From Heptranchias perlo (Eukaryota), in NCBI RefSeq assembly GCF_035084215.1, contig NC_090340.1:15500001-15564000 (forward strand): a DNA stretch of 64,000 bases, in the 5' to 3' direction. The translations under genes were made by a program, and so were the position numbers. Of this stretch, positions 34,950-48,457 are shown one piece after another (position 1 is the stretch's first letter; each line of letters starts with the position of its first letter). The notes below the pieces were generated by a model that saw nothing but the letters and a program-made list of their open reading frames with translations, did not search any database and was not told where the DNA came from.

Positions 34950-37460
34950 CTTTAAGCACAGAGTTTGGGGAGAGTTGGGTGAATCTGCTAAACGGAGTGG
35001 CTTGCTAAACAGGGTGATGACGGGAATTTGGTGCAGAGGGGGAAGGAGGCGCTAAATAATTTAAACCAAGATGCAACAATAAATAGTAAATATATAAATA
35101 AATAATCCGTAATTAATTAGATCTAAGGGAATAAAATTAAAATTAAAATGAACTAAATAGAGGACACCAACATTAAAGGTATCCGAATTGCATTAAATAA
35201 AAATCTTATGAATAAATAATAAATAGGAGTTAAGGGGATACTAAAATAAAGAAGTTAATAAACAAAAAACAGGACTAGTTACAAATTAATCTGAAATCAT
35301 CTACTAAAATCCATCTACTAAATACAATCTAGATCTCAAGTAATTCTATTATACCTAGAGTTAAATTACTACTAACAAACAAATAAATAAATAAATTGAT
35401 TATAAAAAGAAACTAGAAATGACAGTGCAAGCTTTGTGCCAGACTGTAATATGTGGGAGTTTGGGAGTTTGTGGACAGTCAGATTGTCCCGGAGTCACAT
35501 CTGCAGGAAATGCCTTGCCTTAAGACACTCCAGCTCAGGGTCCTTGAGCTGGAATGCGAGTTAGAGACACTCCGACATATAAGGGAGGAGGAGGAGTTTC
35601 TGGATAGTTTTCTCCAAAGTAGTCACAGCTCAGAGGAAAGCACAGGTACAGGAAGGAGAGAGTGTGACTGTCAGGGGGGGGGGGGGGTGCAAAGGGAGAT
35701 AGAGGAAGAGGTCCCGCAGACACTGGTCCTATCCAACATGTACAATGTACTTCATACCTGTGAGAATAAAGAGAAAGACTGCAGGGAGGACCGCCACAAT
35801 GCTGATCTGGGCACCATGGAGCAGAGGGCTGTCCAAAGGGGGAAGGAGCAGAATAGAAATGTAATAGTTATAGAGGATTCAATAACTCGGGGCATTGATA
35901 GCATCCTCTGCAGCTACGATCGAGAGTCCCGAAGGGTGTGTTACCTACCTGGTGCCAGGGAAAGGGATATCTCGATATGGCTGGAAAGGAATTTGGAAAC
36001 AGAGGGCAAAGATCCAGTTGTCGTGGTCCATGTCGGGACCGATGACATAGGGAGGAAAAGGGAGGAGGTCCTGCTGAGGAAGCATCAGGAGTTAGGAGCT
36101 AAATTAAAAAGCTGAACCTCAAGGATGGTAATCTCAGGATTACCCAAGCCACATGTTAATTGGCACAGGGACAAACAGATCATGGAGGGGAACGTGTGGC
36201 TAAATGAGTGGTGTAGGAAGGAGGGGTTCGATTTTATGGGACACTGGCACTAGTACCGGGGCAGGGGAGAGTTGTACCGTTGGGACGAGCTGCACCAAGG
36301 TCCTAGTGGAAAGGATAAGTAGGGTGGTAAAAAGGACTTTAAATTAATAAATGGGAAGTGGGGGTGGGGGAAAAGACATCTTGGTCAGAAACAATAGTAA
36401 AAATTATAGTTTAAAGATAACAAAAAGGGATAAGACCAGAGTTCAGGTCAAGAACAGTGAAAGAGATACTCCAAGTGAAGGGAATACGCAAATAACTAAA
36501 GTAGTTATGTAAACTAAAGCAGCAGAAATGACATAAGAAATATGTTAAGTTAAATATTGTGAGAAAGACAGCATCAGGGCAGAAGGACAGGTCAGGGTCT
36601 CTTCCCCAAATAAGTGTTTTATATACTAATGCACAGAGTATAAGAAATAAATTGAGTGAATTAAGGCTCAAATACAGATTAGAGGGTATGACATGGTGGC
36701 AAGCTGGTCATGATTGCGAGTTAACTATTCCAGGTTATAAGGTCCTTAGAAAGGATAGGGAAACTAGAAGAGGAGGAGGGGTAGCCTTATTGATTAAAGA
36801 TACTATCACATTAGTAAGGAAGGGTATAAGTAAGGGAGAGCAATCAGCAGAGACTCTATGCTTAGAATTGAGGAACAAGAGAGGACTTAAAACTGTAATG
36901 GGAGTTGTCTACAGGCCTCCTGATAGCAGCAATGAAGTGGCAGAATGTACTCAGAGATTAGATTGGGAAGAGCAGAGTAGCTCGAGTCAGAAAGGTATTG
37001 AATTTCTTGAGTGCATTCAAAATAGTTTTCTGGAGCAATATGTTCTAGAACCAACAAGAGGGCATGCCATACTAGATTTAGTAATGAGTATATGAGCCAG
37101 ACTTAGTTAATAATCTAACAGTAACAGAACATTTATTTAACAGTGATCATAATATGATCGAATTCAATGTTATGTTTGAAAAGGAGAAACAGTTACCAAG
37201 ATTTTAGATTTTGGAAGGCTAACTTTAAAGGGATGAGACAGAGACTGACAACAGCAAACTGGTCAAAACTGATCAGGTAAAACTACAGATGAACTGTGGG
37301 AGGTGTTCAAAAAAGTATTTAGCTTAATACAGGACCAATATATATCCCTAAGGGGTAAGAGCTCTACTTGCCAAATAAAACAGCCATGGTCGACAAACGA
37401 GATAAGAGATAACATAAAACTAAAGCAAAAAGAGTGTACAAAAGTGCAAAGAATAGTGTC
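34950..37460 (+). mobile_element. CR1 LINE 5' half (5' UTR, ORF1 zinc-finger/esterase, ORF2 APE endonuclease), degenerate
   Basis: ORF1 'RRVCYLPGARERDI...DPVVVVHVGTDDIG'; ORF2 'LYTNAQSIRNKLSEL...RKDRETRRGGGVALLIK...GVVYRPP...EPTRGHAILDLV'; truncated by a SINE at ~37460. Confidence 0.88.
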
Positions 37461-37954
37461 CTCATGACATCTCTAAACACTGCACAAGTAATTACTTTTG
37501 GAAGTCTAGTTACTGTTGTTACGTAGGCAAATATGGCAATGTGCACACAGCAGGGTCCTGAGATAATGAGATAAATGACCAGATAATCTGTTTTTGGTGG
37601 TGTTGGTTGGCTGGAGAATAAATGTTGGCCGACACACCAGGAGAACTTCCCTTCCCTTCTTTGAATTGTGCCATGGGATCTTTCAGGTCCACCTGAACAG
37701 GCAGACAGAGCCTCAATTTAACATCTCATCCAAAAGACAGTACCTCTGAAAACACAGTGCTTCCTGTACTGTACTGTAGTATCAGCCTAGATTACGTGCT
37801 CAAGTCCACGAGTGAAATGAGGGCAACCAATGAGCCAAAGAGACACTCTAGCTTTATTAATAATGCTCTCCCTCTCTAATCTCAAGCCTAGACCTTCCCT
37901 ACCCAATGCCATACCAGTTTAAATCCTCCCCCACTCTCCCCACAAGAATATTGC

Positions 37955-40900
37955 TATACAGGAGGGAGGAGAAAGGTCAGGAGAGCAATAGTGATAGGGG
38001 ATTCAATAGTTAGGGGAACAGGTGTTTCTGCGGCTGCAGATGTGATTCCAGGATGGTATGTTGCCTCCCTGGTGCCAGGGTCAAGGATGTCACTGAGCGG
38101 CTGCAGAACATTCTGAAGGGGGAGGTTGAACAGCCAGAGGTCGTGGTCCATATCGGTACCAACGACATAGGTAGAAAGAGAGATGAGGTCCTGCAGGCAG
38201 ATTTTAGGGAGCTAGGAAAGAGATTAGTAAGCAGGACCTCAAAAGTAGTAATCTCTGGATTACTCCCGGTGCCACGCGCTAGTGAGTATAGAAATAGGAG
38301 GATAGAGAAGATGAATGCATGGCTGGAGAGATGGTGCAGGAGGGAGGGCTTTAGATTTCTGGGGCATTGGGATCAGTTCTGGGGGAGGTGGGACCTGTAC
38401 AGGCCAGATGGGTTACACCTCAACAGAGCTGGGACCAATGTCCTCGCAGGGAGGTTTGCTAGTGCAGTGGTGGGGGTGGGGGTTAAACCAATTTGGCAGG
38501 GGGATAGACACCAGGATGTAGCATTGGAAAGGAGAAACAAGGTGCACAAAGGATTGGGTGAGAAAGATAACACTAGTGTAAGAAATAGTACAGTATAATG
38601 TGGAATCAGACTAAGAGAGAATACAAGAAGGTCTAAGATAGGTTTACAGTGCATGTGCGTAAACACACGAAGCGTAGTAAACAAGGTTAGTGAGCTGCAG
38701 GCGCAATTAGCCACATGGGAATATGATGTTGTGGCAATAATGGAGACCTGGTTCAAAAAAGGGCACGATTGGGTACTAAATATTCCTGGATACAAGGTGT
38801 TCAGGAAAGATAGGGGAAGAAAGAAAGGGGGAGGGGGTGGGGGTGGCAGGATTGATTAAGGAGAATGTTGCAGTGCTGGAGAGAGAGAGGATGTCCTGGA
38901 GGGGTCAAGGACAGAATCTATTTGGTTACAGTTAAGAAACAATAGAAGTGCCATTACACTACTGGGTGTATTCTATAGGCCACCAACTAGTTGGAAGGAT
39001 ATAGGGGAGCAAATTTACAGGGAAATTACAGAGGTGCATGAGCACTGGAGTAGTGACAATGGGGGACTTCAACTCTCCTAATATAGACTGGGATAGTAAT
39101 AGTGTAAAGGGCAAAGAGGGGGAGGAATTTTTGAAATATGTTCAGGAGAATTTTCTTGACTAGTACGTTTCCGGCCCAACAAGGAAGGAGGCATTGCTGG
39201 ATCTGGTTCTGGGGAATGAGGGGGCCAAGTGGAGCAAGAGTCAGTGGGGGAACATTTAGGGAACAGTGATCATAGTATCATAAGGTTTAGATTAGCTATG
39301 GAAAAGGACAAGTAACAATCTAGAGTAAAAATACTCAAATAGAGGAGGGCTAATTTCAGTGGGATGAAAACAGATCTGGCCCAGGTAAATTGGAATTAAA
39401 GATTGGCAGGCAAAACTGTAATTGAACAATGGGCGGCCTTTAAAGAAGTGATGGTTCAGGTACAGTCTAGGTACATTCCCACAAGGGGGAAAGGTAGGGC
39501 AACTAAAGCCAAAGCTTTTAGTACAGAGGGAAAGTGAAAAAGGAAATAAGATGGGCAAAGAGACAGAATGAGAATAGACTGGTTGCTAACATAAAAGGGA
39601 ATCCAAAACTCTTCTATAGGCATATAAACAGCAAATGGGTAGTAAGAGGAGAGGTGGGACCGATTAGGGACCAAAAAGATCTACGCATGGAGGCAGAGGG
39701 CATGACTGAGGTACTAAATGAGTACTTTGCATCTGTCTTTACCAAGGAAGATGCTGCAAAAATCGCAGTAAAAGAGGTAATTGAGATACTGGATGGACTA
39801 AAAATTGATAAAGAGGAGGTATTAGAAAGGCTAGCTGTACTTAAAGTAGATAAGTCACCCGGTCCGGATGGGATGCATCCTAGGTTGCTGAGGGAAGTAA
39901 GGGTGGAAATTGTGAAGGTGCTGGCCATAACCTTCCAATCATCCTTAGATACGGGGGTGGTGCCAGAGGACTAGAGAATTGCAAATGTTACACCCTTGTT
40001 CAAAAAATGGTGTAAGGATAAACCCGGCAACTACAAGCCAGCCAGTTTAACCTCGGTGGTGTGGAAACTTTTAGAAACAATAAACCAGGACAAAGTTAAT
40101 AGTCACTAGGACAAGTGTGGATTAATTAAGGAAAGCCAGCACTGATTTGTTAAAGTCAAATCATGTTTAACTAACTTGATTGAGTTTTTTGATGAGGAAA
40201 CAGAGAGGGTCGAAGAGGGCAATGCAGTTGATGTGGTCTATATGGACTTCCAAAAGACGTTTGATAAAGTGCTGCATAATAGGCTTGTCATCAAAGTTGA
40301 AGCCCATGGAATAAAAGGGGCCGTGGCAGCATGGAAACAAAATTGGCTAAGTGACAGGAAACAGAGTAGTGGTGAACGGTTGTTTTTCGGACTGGAGGGA
40401 GGTATACAGTGGTGTTCCCCAGGGGTCGGTGACGATCCGGATTCTTTCCCCTCAGTCTGGTTCAGTAATAACTGAAGTCGAATACATTTTAAAGTTCAAC
40501 ACATCTTTAATAGCAGGGTTCTTAGTCTGCAGCATTGATTTGGACTCCTGATAGAGTCCCTCTATGCTGGCAGAGCAAGAACAAAAACATACAGAAATCC
40601 ACACGTTTTTATACAGATGAATAGGGTTGGAACATACTTAACGAGGGTCAACACCAATCATAAGCCGGGCATAGGTTGCCATGCGAGGTTACATTATTTC
40701 CGGCCAATCATAAATCGTCCATGTGCTGATCATGCTGCTGTTAGACATCAAAGGGGATAACTTCCTCACTTTCCAACTTAGAATGTTCTTCCCTGTTCCT
40801 TCTGTTCCTTATCTCCCAACCTGGAATGTCTTTCAACTTTGGCTAAGCTCGTTCCCTATATTGATCTGCCATAAACATGGAGACATTCAGACCAGTCCTT

Positions 40901-42100
40901 GACTCACATCAAAGACCTATCATTGATAAGACAATGCAGGCCTGCTGACTAAGCAAACATATGGCCCAGCAGGAGGGCCAGGCCACTTGTATCAATCTCA
41001 GTTACTAACTAATTAACCCTTTCTAACCATTTTGCATTCTGCTTCTTTGCCACGTAGGCATCTTAATATTTTACCGAAAACTGACCACGTAGGGATTCTC
41101 ATCGGTACTGGGACCACTGCTTTTCTTGATATAAATTAATGACTTGGACTTGGGTGTACAGGGCACAATTTCAAAATTTGCAGATGACACAAAACTTGGA
41201 AGTGTAGTGAACAGTGAGGAGTCTAGTGATAGACTTCAAGAGGATATAGACAGGCTGGTGGAATGGGTGGACACGTTACAGATGAAATTTAATACAGAAA
41301 AGTGCAAAATGAAACATTTTGGTCCTAAAAACGAGCAGAGGCAATATAAAGGGTACAATTCTAAAAGGGGTGCAGGAACAGAGAGATCTGGGGGTACATG
41401 TGCACTAGTCTTTGAAGGTGGCAGGACAGGTTGAGAAAGCGGTTACAAAAGCATACAGGATCCTAGGCTTTATAAATAGAGGCCACAGAGTACAAAAGCA
41501 AGGAAGTTATGATGAACCTTTATAAGACACTGATTTGGCTACAACTGGAGTATTGTGTCCAGTTCTGGGCACCACATTTTCAGAAGGATGTGAAGGCCTT
41601 TGAGAGTATGCAGAAGAGATTTACTAGAATGGTTCCAGGGATGAAGGACATTCAGTTACATGGATAGATTGGAGAAGCTGGGGTTGTTTTCCTTAGAGCA
41701 GAGAAGGTTGATAGGAGATTTGATAGGGGTATTCAAAATCATGAAGGGTCTAGACAGAGTAGATAGAGAGAAACCGTTCCCATTGGCAGAAAGGTTAAGG
41801 ACCAGAGGACATAGATTTAAGGTGATTGGCAAAAGAACCAAAGGTGACATGAGGAAAAACTTTTTTTTTTAACACAGCGAGTGGTTGTGATCTGGAATGC
41901 ACTGCCTGAAGGGGTGGTGGAGGCAGATTCAATTGTGGCATTCAAAAGGGAACTGGATAAGTACGTGAAAGGAAAAAATTTGCAGGGCTACGGGGAAAGG
42001 GCGGGGGAGTAGGACTAGCTGGATTGCTCTTGCAGAGCGCCGGCATGGGCTCGACGGGTTGAATGGCCTCCTTCCGTGCTGTAACCATTCTAGGATTTAA
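37955..42100 (+). mobile_element. Near full-length degenerate CR1 LINE (ORF1 esterase, endonuclease, RT, 3' UTR) interrupted by a solo LTR
   Basis: Successive ORFs 38053.. (esterase), 38653.. (APE), 39534.. ('KSPGPDGMHPRLL'), 40176.., 41144.. ('FADDTKLG'), 41660..; multiple stops and frameshifts. Confidence 0.93.
40430..41101 (-). mobile_element. Solo LTR (672 bp; ERV or Gypsy type)
   Basis: Starts TGACGATCC, ends GGATTCTCA; 4-bp TSD TCGG (40426-40429, 41102-41105) splits the CR1 'GVPQGSVLGP' codons; on the minus strand TATAAAA at ~40612 then ATTAAA at ~40511, with CCAAT motifs upstream. Confidence 0.85.
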
Positions 42101-44307
42101 GCTCAGGTCCCTTCTGTACAGCTTTCAATTGTTCCAAAACTGACACCAATACCTGAAGAATGTGAACCCTTCCCTCCTGGATCAGCCCAGCAGAAACGTG
42201 TTGACCTTCCTAATTGACCTCTTCTTGGCCTGTCCAGCCGTGTCCAGAGATTACCAACTGAGGATGGTGTCTCACTTCTCTCTTCCTATACTATCCCTAC
42301 ATTCTCACCTACCACTGCTTGTTGGGGGACTACATTCTGGCAAGTATAATCCAGATACTCCTATCCTCCCTAATGCTGTGGAATGTGGCCAATTGATCTC
42401 CACGCACAGAAATCCTCTGCTCCAGCAACTCAATTTTACAACACTTAGTGCAAAGATGTGTTGCCCCAGGATACATTGAGGATCCATGATGCTCACATAT
42501 CATACCCCATACACATCATGAGGCCCCCACCTCTCCATGCCTAACTGACTAACCTCAAAATGTAATTACCATTAGATTGAACTCGCACCAGCACTAAACT
42601 CCAGAAGCAAATTCTGTTTACTCATTTCACACACGTATTAGTTATAGAAAAACATATCACTTACTTGGACGTCTTCAGGTCAAATGTCTCCGCAGTACCA
42701 ATTTCTGAACTGAGCAAAACTTTCTGCCTTAAATCTCATACCTTTGCCTTTGATGAAATAAATCAGGTAGCTTTTTATTGATTAATGGAAGAGGGCAAGT
42801 GGGAGAAAACAATGCAGTAAAGGAAAACTTACCTGTCCTCACTGTTATTCGTTATGCAAATGAGCGATTGTTAGGGAGAAATCTCAGCATTCATCCATTC
42901 CTAGCTTCTGTCCAACCTTGGAAATAGACAGTAGGCGACCTAACCTGTCCTCACCTTCCACTCAGAGTTACTCCTTTATCCAAATTATGCAAAGTGACGT
43001 ACCTCAGGGCAAAATTAAAGGACCAAAGCTTCGACAGTATCTATTTACTTAGCATGTGCTTGTCAACGTGTGTAACTTAATCAACCAAGTTGTTAATTTT
43101 CATGACTTCTCTTGGTTGTTATTCTGTCCCTAGGGCTGTCCTTATCTCCTTTATCTTGAATCCATTCTCAATCTGTATCAACTTCATTCTCTGCTCAGAG
43201 CATTGCTGTCCAAAGTCGTGTGATGTATATCGAACTGGTTTCCACAGCATTTAGTTAGCTAATTTGGTATGCTTGTCACTACGAAGGATGTAAGTGAAGA
43301 GGGAGTGAAAAGCTTTCCCTATTTTGTGCACCGAGAGCCAGCATCAAACATCCTGGGCCAGGCAGATATATATTCTGCAACATGGTTAGGTGCAGAGAAT
43401 GTTCAGAACAGCAGCCCCTCTTGCACATTGGTGACTACCCAGGGCCTTTAATGTCACAAAAAGTCCCAAGGTGCTTGACACTTGTATATTTCCTATGACA
43501 ATCATCTTTGTTGCTTCTCTGAGTGAGACTATCAATTTCACATTAATTAGAGCCTAATTTTGTGATGGAGGGAAAGGCAAAGAAGCAGTTGTTGCTTCAG
43601 CTACCTGTGTACTTTCCAGCAGCCCGTTTCAGAGCAGCATTGGCAGAATACTGGCAACAGCTCTCTCAACCAAGGAGTGGTGCATGGCAGAGGGAGATTC
43701 AGAGATGGAGAGAATAATATAATCTGTTAAACTGGAGGAAACACAAGGAGGAAATACACCAAAAAAAAATCATCCCAAGATTACATCACTACAAAAGTAA
43801 AGCAGCATCACTACACCTGCTGCAATGAGCAACAACCCCACTGCAACATTCAGTCTGGAAAATCCTTGAAATTTAGAGGACACCATCACAAGAATTTTAT
43901 GGCTTGCAAGCTGGAAATAGATGATTGTAAAGAAGGGCCAATCCCAGAGAGACAATGGAAATTGAAGGAGGTGTAATTCACAATTTTTTAAAAAATGTTT
44001 AATTTTTTTTAAAAATCACAACTGTTCAAAAAATATTTCAATGACTATTACAACAGACTGATGAGGCAATTGGGACTTTAACACCACCCTTTCCCAGGCA
44101 AAATGAGTCTTTCTTCAAATGAAGGAAGTTCTGGCAAAGACAATAAGTGCAGTGGCGATCTAACTGCCACCAACATATATCGGATCTTATGCGGCACTGG
44201 TGTACATACTACAAAAAGCCTCTATCAATAAAACCACGTCATTCAGTATTTTCATATTTCACCCCATATCAAATGCAAAGTTTTAGTCACAGAAGACAGA
44301 CGTGTCA

Positions 44308-44469
44308 TCACTCATAATACACAAAGGAAAAGTCCCAGAACCCGGTTCCCTCACGCGTCCTCTTACACTGACTGATGCTTCGCTGGTTAATGTGTTTCAC
44401 AAACTTCAGTGTTTCCTTATCTCGGTAGATCAAGGCCAATGAGTTGTCTTCTGGGCAAAGGGTAAGTAA
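44308..44469 (-). CDS. OGFOD1: OGFOD1 prolyl 3-hydroxylase, last coding exon
   Basis: Acceptor tgtgtttcag; [31 protein letters not shown]...[11 protein letters not shown] matches the vertebrate OGFOD1 C-terminus. Confidence 0.97.
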   Translation of the reverse strand, partial: LLTLCPEDNSLALIYRDKETLKFVKHINQRSISQCKRTREGTGFWDFSFVYYE

Positions 44470-45584
44470 CTGAAACACAACACAAACCATTAAAGTGTTT
44501 TTATTATAGTAAGTTAACACTTCAGTTCTTCTTTTCCTCCTCTCCGAGACTCCCTACTTACATTTTATCTCTGGTCAAGATGGTAGGCATATGACCAACT
44601 CCCAGGCCTTCGCTGTTTTGCTAGGAGCTAATATTTTGCTGGTCAGTGCACAGAGGCCTTCCTGGATGATTCACTATCCGCATTTTGCTCCTTCTCCGTA
44701 CTTGGCCTTCACTCAGTGCCTCCTTAGGATGACATGGTCCCCTTCTAAGTGACTTGGCTAAAACTAACAGTTCACTGTATGGGGAATCACATTTGGAATC
44801 TTGCCACCCTACTGCAGGCACCAATTAGGGATCTGGTGCATTTAAGGGCACCGCTCTTCCAACCCCAAAGGTTATTGTTCCATTAATGTTTTTAAACATT
44901 TTTTTCCCCCCCAAGATCTTCATGCAAGTGCACATTTTCCACAAGGGGCAATGGTTTTTTCCCCAGTGGTCATTGCCAATGCTGCTCTCTGATTGACCGG
45001 CTCACAGACCCTGACTCAGATGGGAAGAGAATGTCAGTTTTAACTTCCCGAGATGCAGAATGCCATGGCTGCACACAGGTCTGCTTTTGGAATGCCAGCT
45101 GTTATCTGACAAGACTCATTCAAATGAAACAGGCAAGTTACAATGCTGGGTATTTCTGCACCCCAAACTCATGAGCTTCTGGCTGAAAGACAATTGATAT
45201 TCCACTTGGATAACCAGGCTGCTTGAGATTATTATTTTCCTATCTGTCAGGATCTAACACAAGTAAAGCCAAGGTTAAGAAAAGGCCACTTAGCCCTTAA
45301 AGCTCATACTTCTAGGGCTCCAAATTACCCAGGCTAGCATCCAACTGCATTTTGAATGCTCCAATGTTTTTATGGTAATTATATGGCAAATTATTCATCA
45401 CCTTTTGAGCAAGACTCTTTTTTCTAACACCTGTTTTAAATTTACTTTTCACTCATTTAAATTGATGCGGTCTAATCTTACTGCGCTGACTTACCTTACA
45501 CTAATATTCTGGGTTCGCTTTAGCATTTGATACTTTATATATCTCCATTGAGGTCACCCCTTAACCTTCTTCAAGTCTCACTCG

Positions 45585-46290
45585 AGACCTGAGAACATGA
45601 TCCAGGCCAGCATTTCAGTGCAGTACTGAGAGAGTGCCGCACTGTCGAAAGTGACGTCTTTCGGATGAGACAGTGTGTACCATGCACAAGATGCACTGCA
45701 GCAACTCGCCAAGGCTTCTTCGACAGCACCTCCCAAACCCGCAACCTCTACCACCTAGAAGGACAAGGGCAGCAGGCACATGGGAACAACATCACCTGCA
45801 TGTTCCCCTCCAAGTCACACACCATCCTGACTTGGAAATATATCGCCGTTCCTTCATCGTCGCTGGGTCAAAATCCTGGAACTCCCTTCCTAACAGCACT
45901 GTGGGAGAACCCTCACCACACGGACTGCAGCGGTTCAAGAAGGCAGCTCACCACCAACTTCTCAAGGGCAATTAGGGATGGGCAATAAATGCTGGCCTCG
46001 CCAGCGACGCCCACATCCCATGAACGAATAAAAAAAAACTGGGGCCCCTTCTGCCCTCTCCGGTAAAAGAACCCATGGCACTATACCAAAGCCAATATTT
46101 ATCCCTCAACCAATATCACTAAAACTGATTACCTGGCCATTATCTCATTGCCCTTTGTGGGACATTGCCGTGCGCAAATTGGCTACCAGGTTTCCTACCT
46201 TACAACAGTGACTACACTTACAAATTACTTCTTTGGTTGTAAAGCGCTTTGGGCCGTCCCGAGATCGTGAAAGGCGCTAGTACTTTCTTT
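45585..46290 (+). mobile_element. DeuSINE interrupted by the 3' end of the second LINE family (45671-46038)
   Basis: The SINE Deu-domain breaks at 'tcggatgagac'; the insert encodes 'KSWNSLPNSTVGEPSPHGLQRFKKAAHHQLLKGN' plus an A-tail, then the SINE resumes. Confidence 0.8.
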
Positions 46291-46327
46291 CTTCGCTGAA
46301 TTGAACTTGAATGAACTCAAAATATAC

Positions 46328-46386
46328 CTCTTCATCTTCTGCTTTAGCGATGTATGAAGTAATACCACCAAACTCCTCGTCCCAGC
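46328..46386 (-). CDS. OGFOD1: OGFOD1 coding exon (59 nt)
   Basis: ctgtttcag|...|gtatat; (G)WDEEFGGITSYIAKAEDEE. Confidence 0.95.
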
Positions 46387-48328
46387 CTGAAACAGAGACA
46401 ATGACACATGTTGACTTTTCAATTCCTAATCAGATCTCTTTCTGGTGCCTTCCGTTGCCATGTGTTCCTTGTCCCCACAATGGCAGGACAGGGTTTTCAA
46501 TATTGGCATCCCACGATCATTGGACAGGATGATGGCTTCTGTAGGCCAGGCCGGGCTCGGAGAATTATTGCCCCCCTCATTTCAATAGACAGCTCTCCAC
46601 CGCTACACTGTGGCCCAACTAAGCAAATCACCCAGTGATGGCAACCAATTCAAACTCAACCTTCCTTGGGGCAGAATCCAACCCAACTTTCTCGGGGCCA
46701 ATGTCCAACCTGAACTCCTTAGGGCAGCAGGTCCACACAGTCAAGCTGCTCAGTTGCTAATATGTGAATTATAGACTGCATTACAAACCCTCCATAAATA
46801 AAAATAGTCCAAAGATTGCCAAGTGTTTGGGTGGAGTAGGAAGGAGGAAGCAAGAAGAAAACCACCTTAAAAACCATTGGAATGGTGTTAGCCCAAGTGC
46901 TGTTGATAAATTGAGGGTCTTGGCTTGAAGGAATCACCCAGGCCAACTATAATGGTGCTAGACAATTATTAGAGACAGATTCTAAACTCTCCAGGGATGA
47001 TTTGCATTAACTGTGTCTGCATCACACAGTTGATCTCAGTAACTCCTCTTAGCCAGAACACTGTTAATGATATTACCTCTACTGCTGTTAATTCATCTCA
47101 CCCATTCTGCTGGGTTCTGTGACCCTGTAAAATCAGTGCTCCCGATAACATCAGTATTTGCAATTTAAACAAATATATTTAAAATCAAACTGAAATGAAC
47201 AGAAAAAAAGAATGTTAAAAATAAAATGTTAAAAATAATGTTAAATCATAATTCTGTGCAGCAGTTTGATTTTTAAAAGGAGACCTGATAGGGGAACACT
47301 CTGCTAGTTTGCATTATCACAAATAACTATTATAATAATATTATTAATAACGATTATACTCTTAAACGTCTCAACTTCTATTACAAACGTTGATCACTGC
47401 ACGAGGAAGACTTTCCTGACATTAGTCTTAAATTTGTGTCATATTAGTTTTTATATTAAGGGTTAGCGGGAGAAGCATATTTGTTGCTTTGACATTGAGG
47501 AGAATTAGGGATTATAATTACAGTAAATATACTGTTTGTACTGTGAGCTGTTCATTTTCCTCTTTATGTTAAATAAAATTTTCTGTTGTTTTAAAACCTG
47601 AGCCACAGTCCGCTATATTCTCCCACCTATCAAAGTCAAGGAGCTCATGTAACACGTGATCTATATGGAGTTCAGCCCCTAGATCTCACCATGTTCATCT
47701 AGATATTGTACAAGTACTGGCACATCTCGTTCATACAGGATGCAAAGTCTGCAAAGTCTGCATATAGTAGCAGCCAGTGACACTAAACCCAGGTAAATAT
47801 GCTGGGCAAACTCAAAAAATAACACAATGCTACTTTTTAAGATGGGTATCTGGTGCACTGATATATAATAAAATCCACGTGGAACAGCAATATCTCAACA
47901 GAAGTGGAATAGACTATTGTTTCCTCTTTATTTCAATTCGTCTCCATTTTTGCCCACTTTCTTCCATCTCCCACCACATTTACAAGATCCTGCTTGATCA
48001 AGAGTGGGTCAATCTGCATCTTCAGCCCACGTCAATTGTTAGTCAATCCACCAGAGGATGCCCACCCACCTACGCAGTTAGCGTTCACTCTCTTCCAGAG
48101 ACAGTTCATCCGAGAGTGGTGAAACTCATTCTCTGTGGCAAACGCGAGTGCAAATGGCAGCAAAGAACGTGGCTGAAATTCAGATGTCCTAGTTGAGAAG
48201 CCGAGTGCCGTAACATAATTATCTGGCTGCATACCTGTATGGTTTTTCTAAGGAGGGTCCCTAGTGATCCCAACTCCACAAGCAGGTTAGTAGTACAGGT
48301 GTTGTAGGCTAAAACCAGCAACATTTAC

Positions 48329-48457
48329 CTTCACACCCGCAGCACAACTGCAGGTCCAAGGCAAACTCTGAATTTTCCACGTTGGTATCATGGATAAGCG
48401 TGTAGTATCCGTTTCTCCAGTGTCGTAATTCCCCTCGGCAAACAGGAACACCAGGAT
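48329..48457 (-). CDS. OGFOD1: OGFOD1 coding exon (129 nt)
   Basis: ccttctcag|...|gtaaat; [42 protein letters not shown]. Confidence 0.95.
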
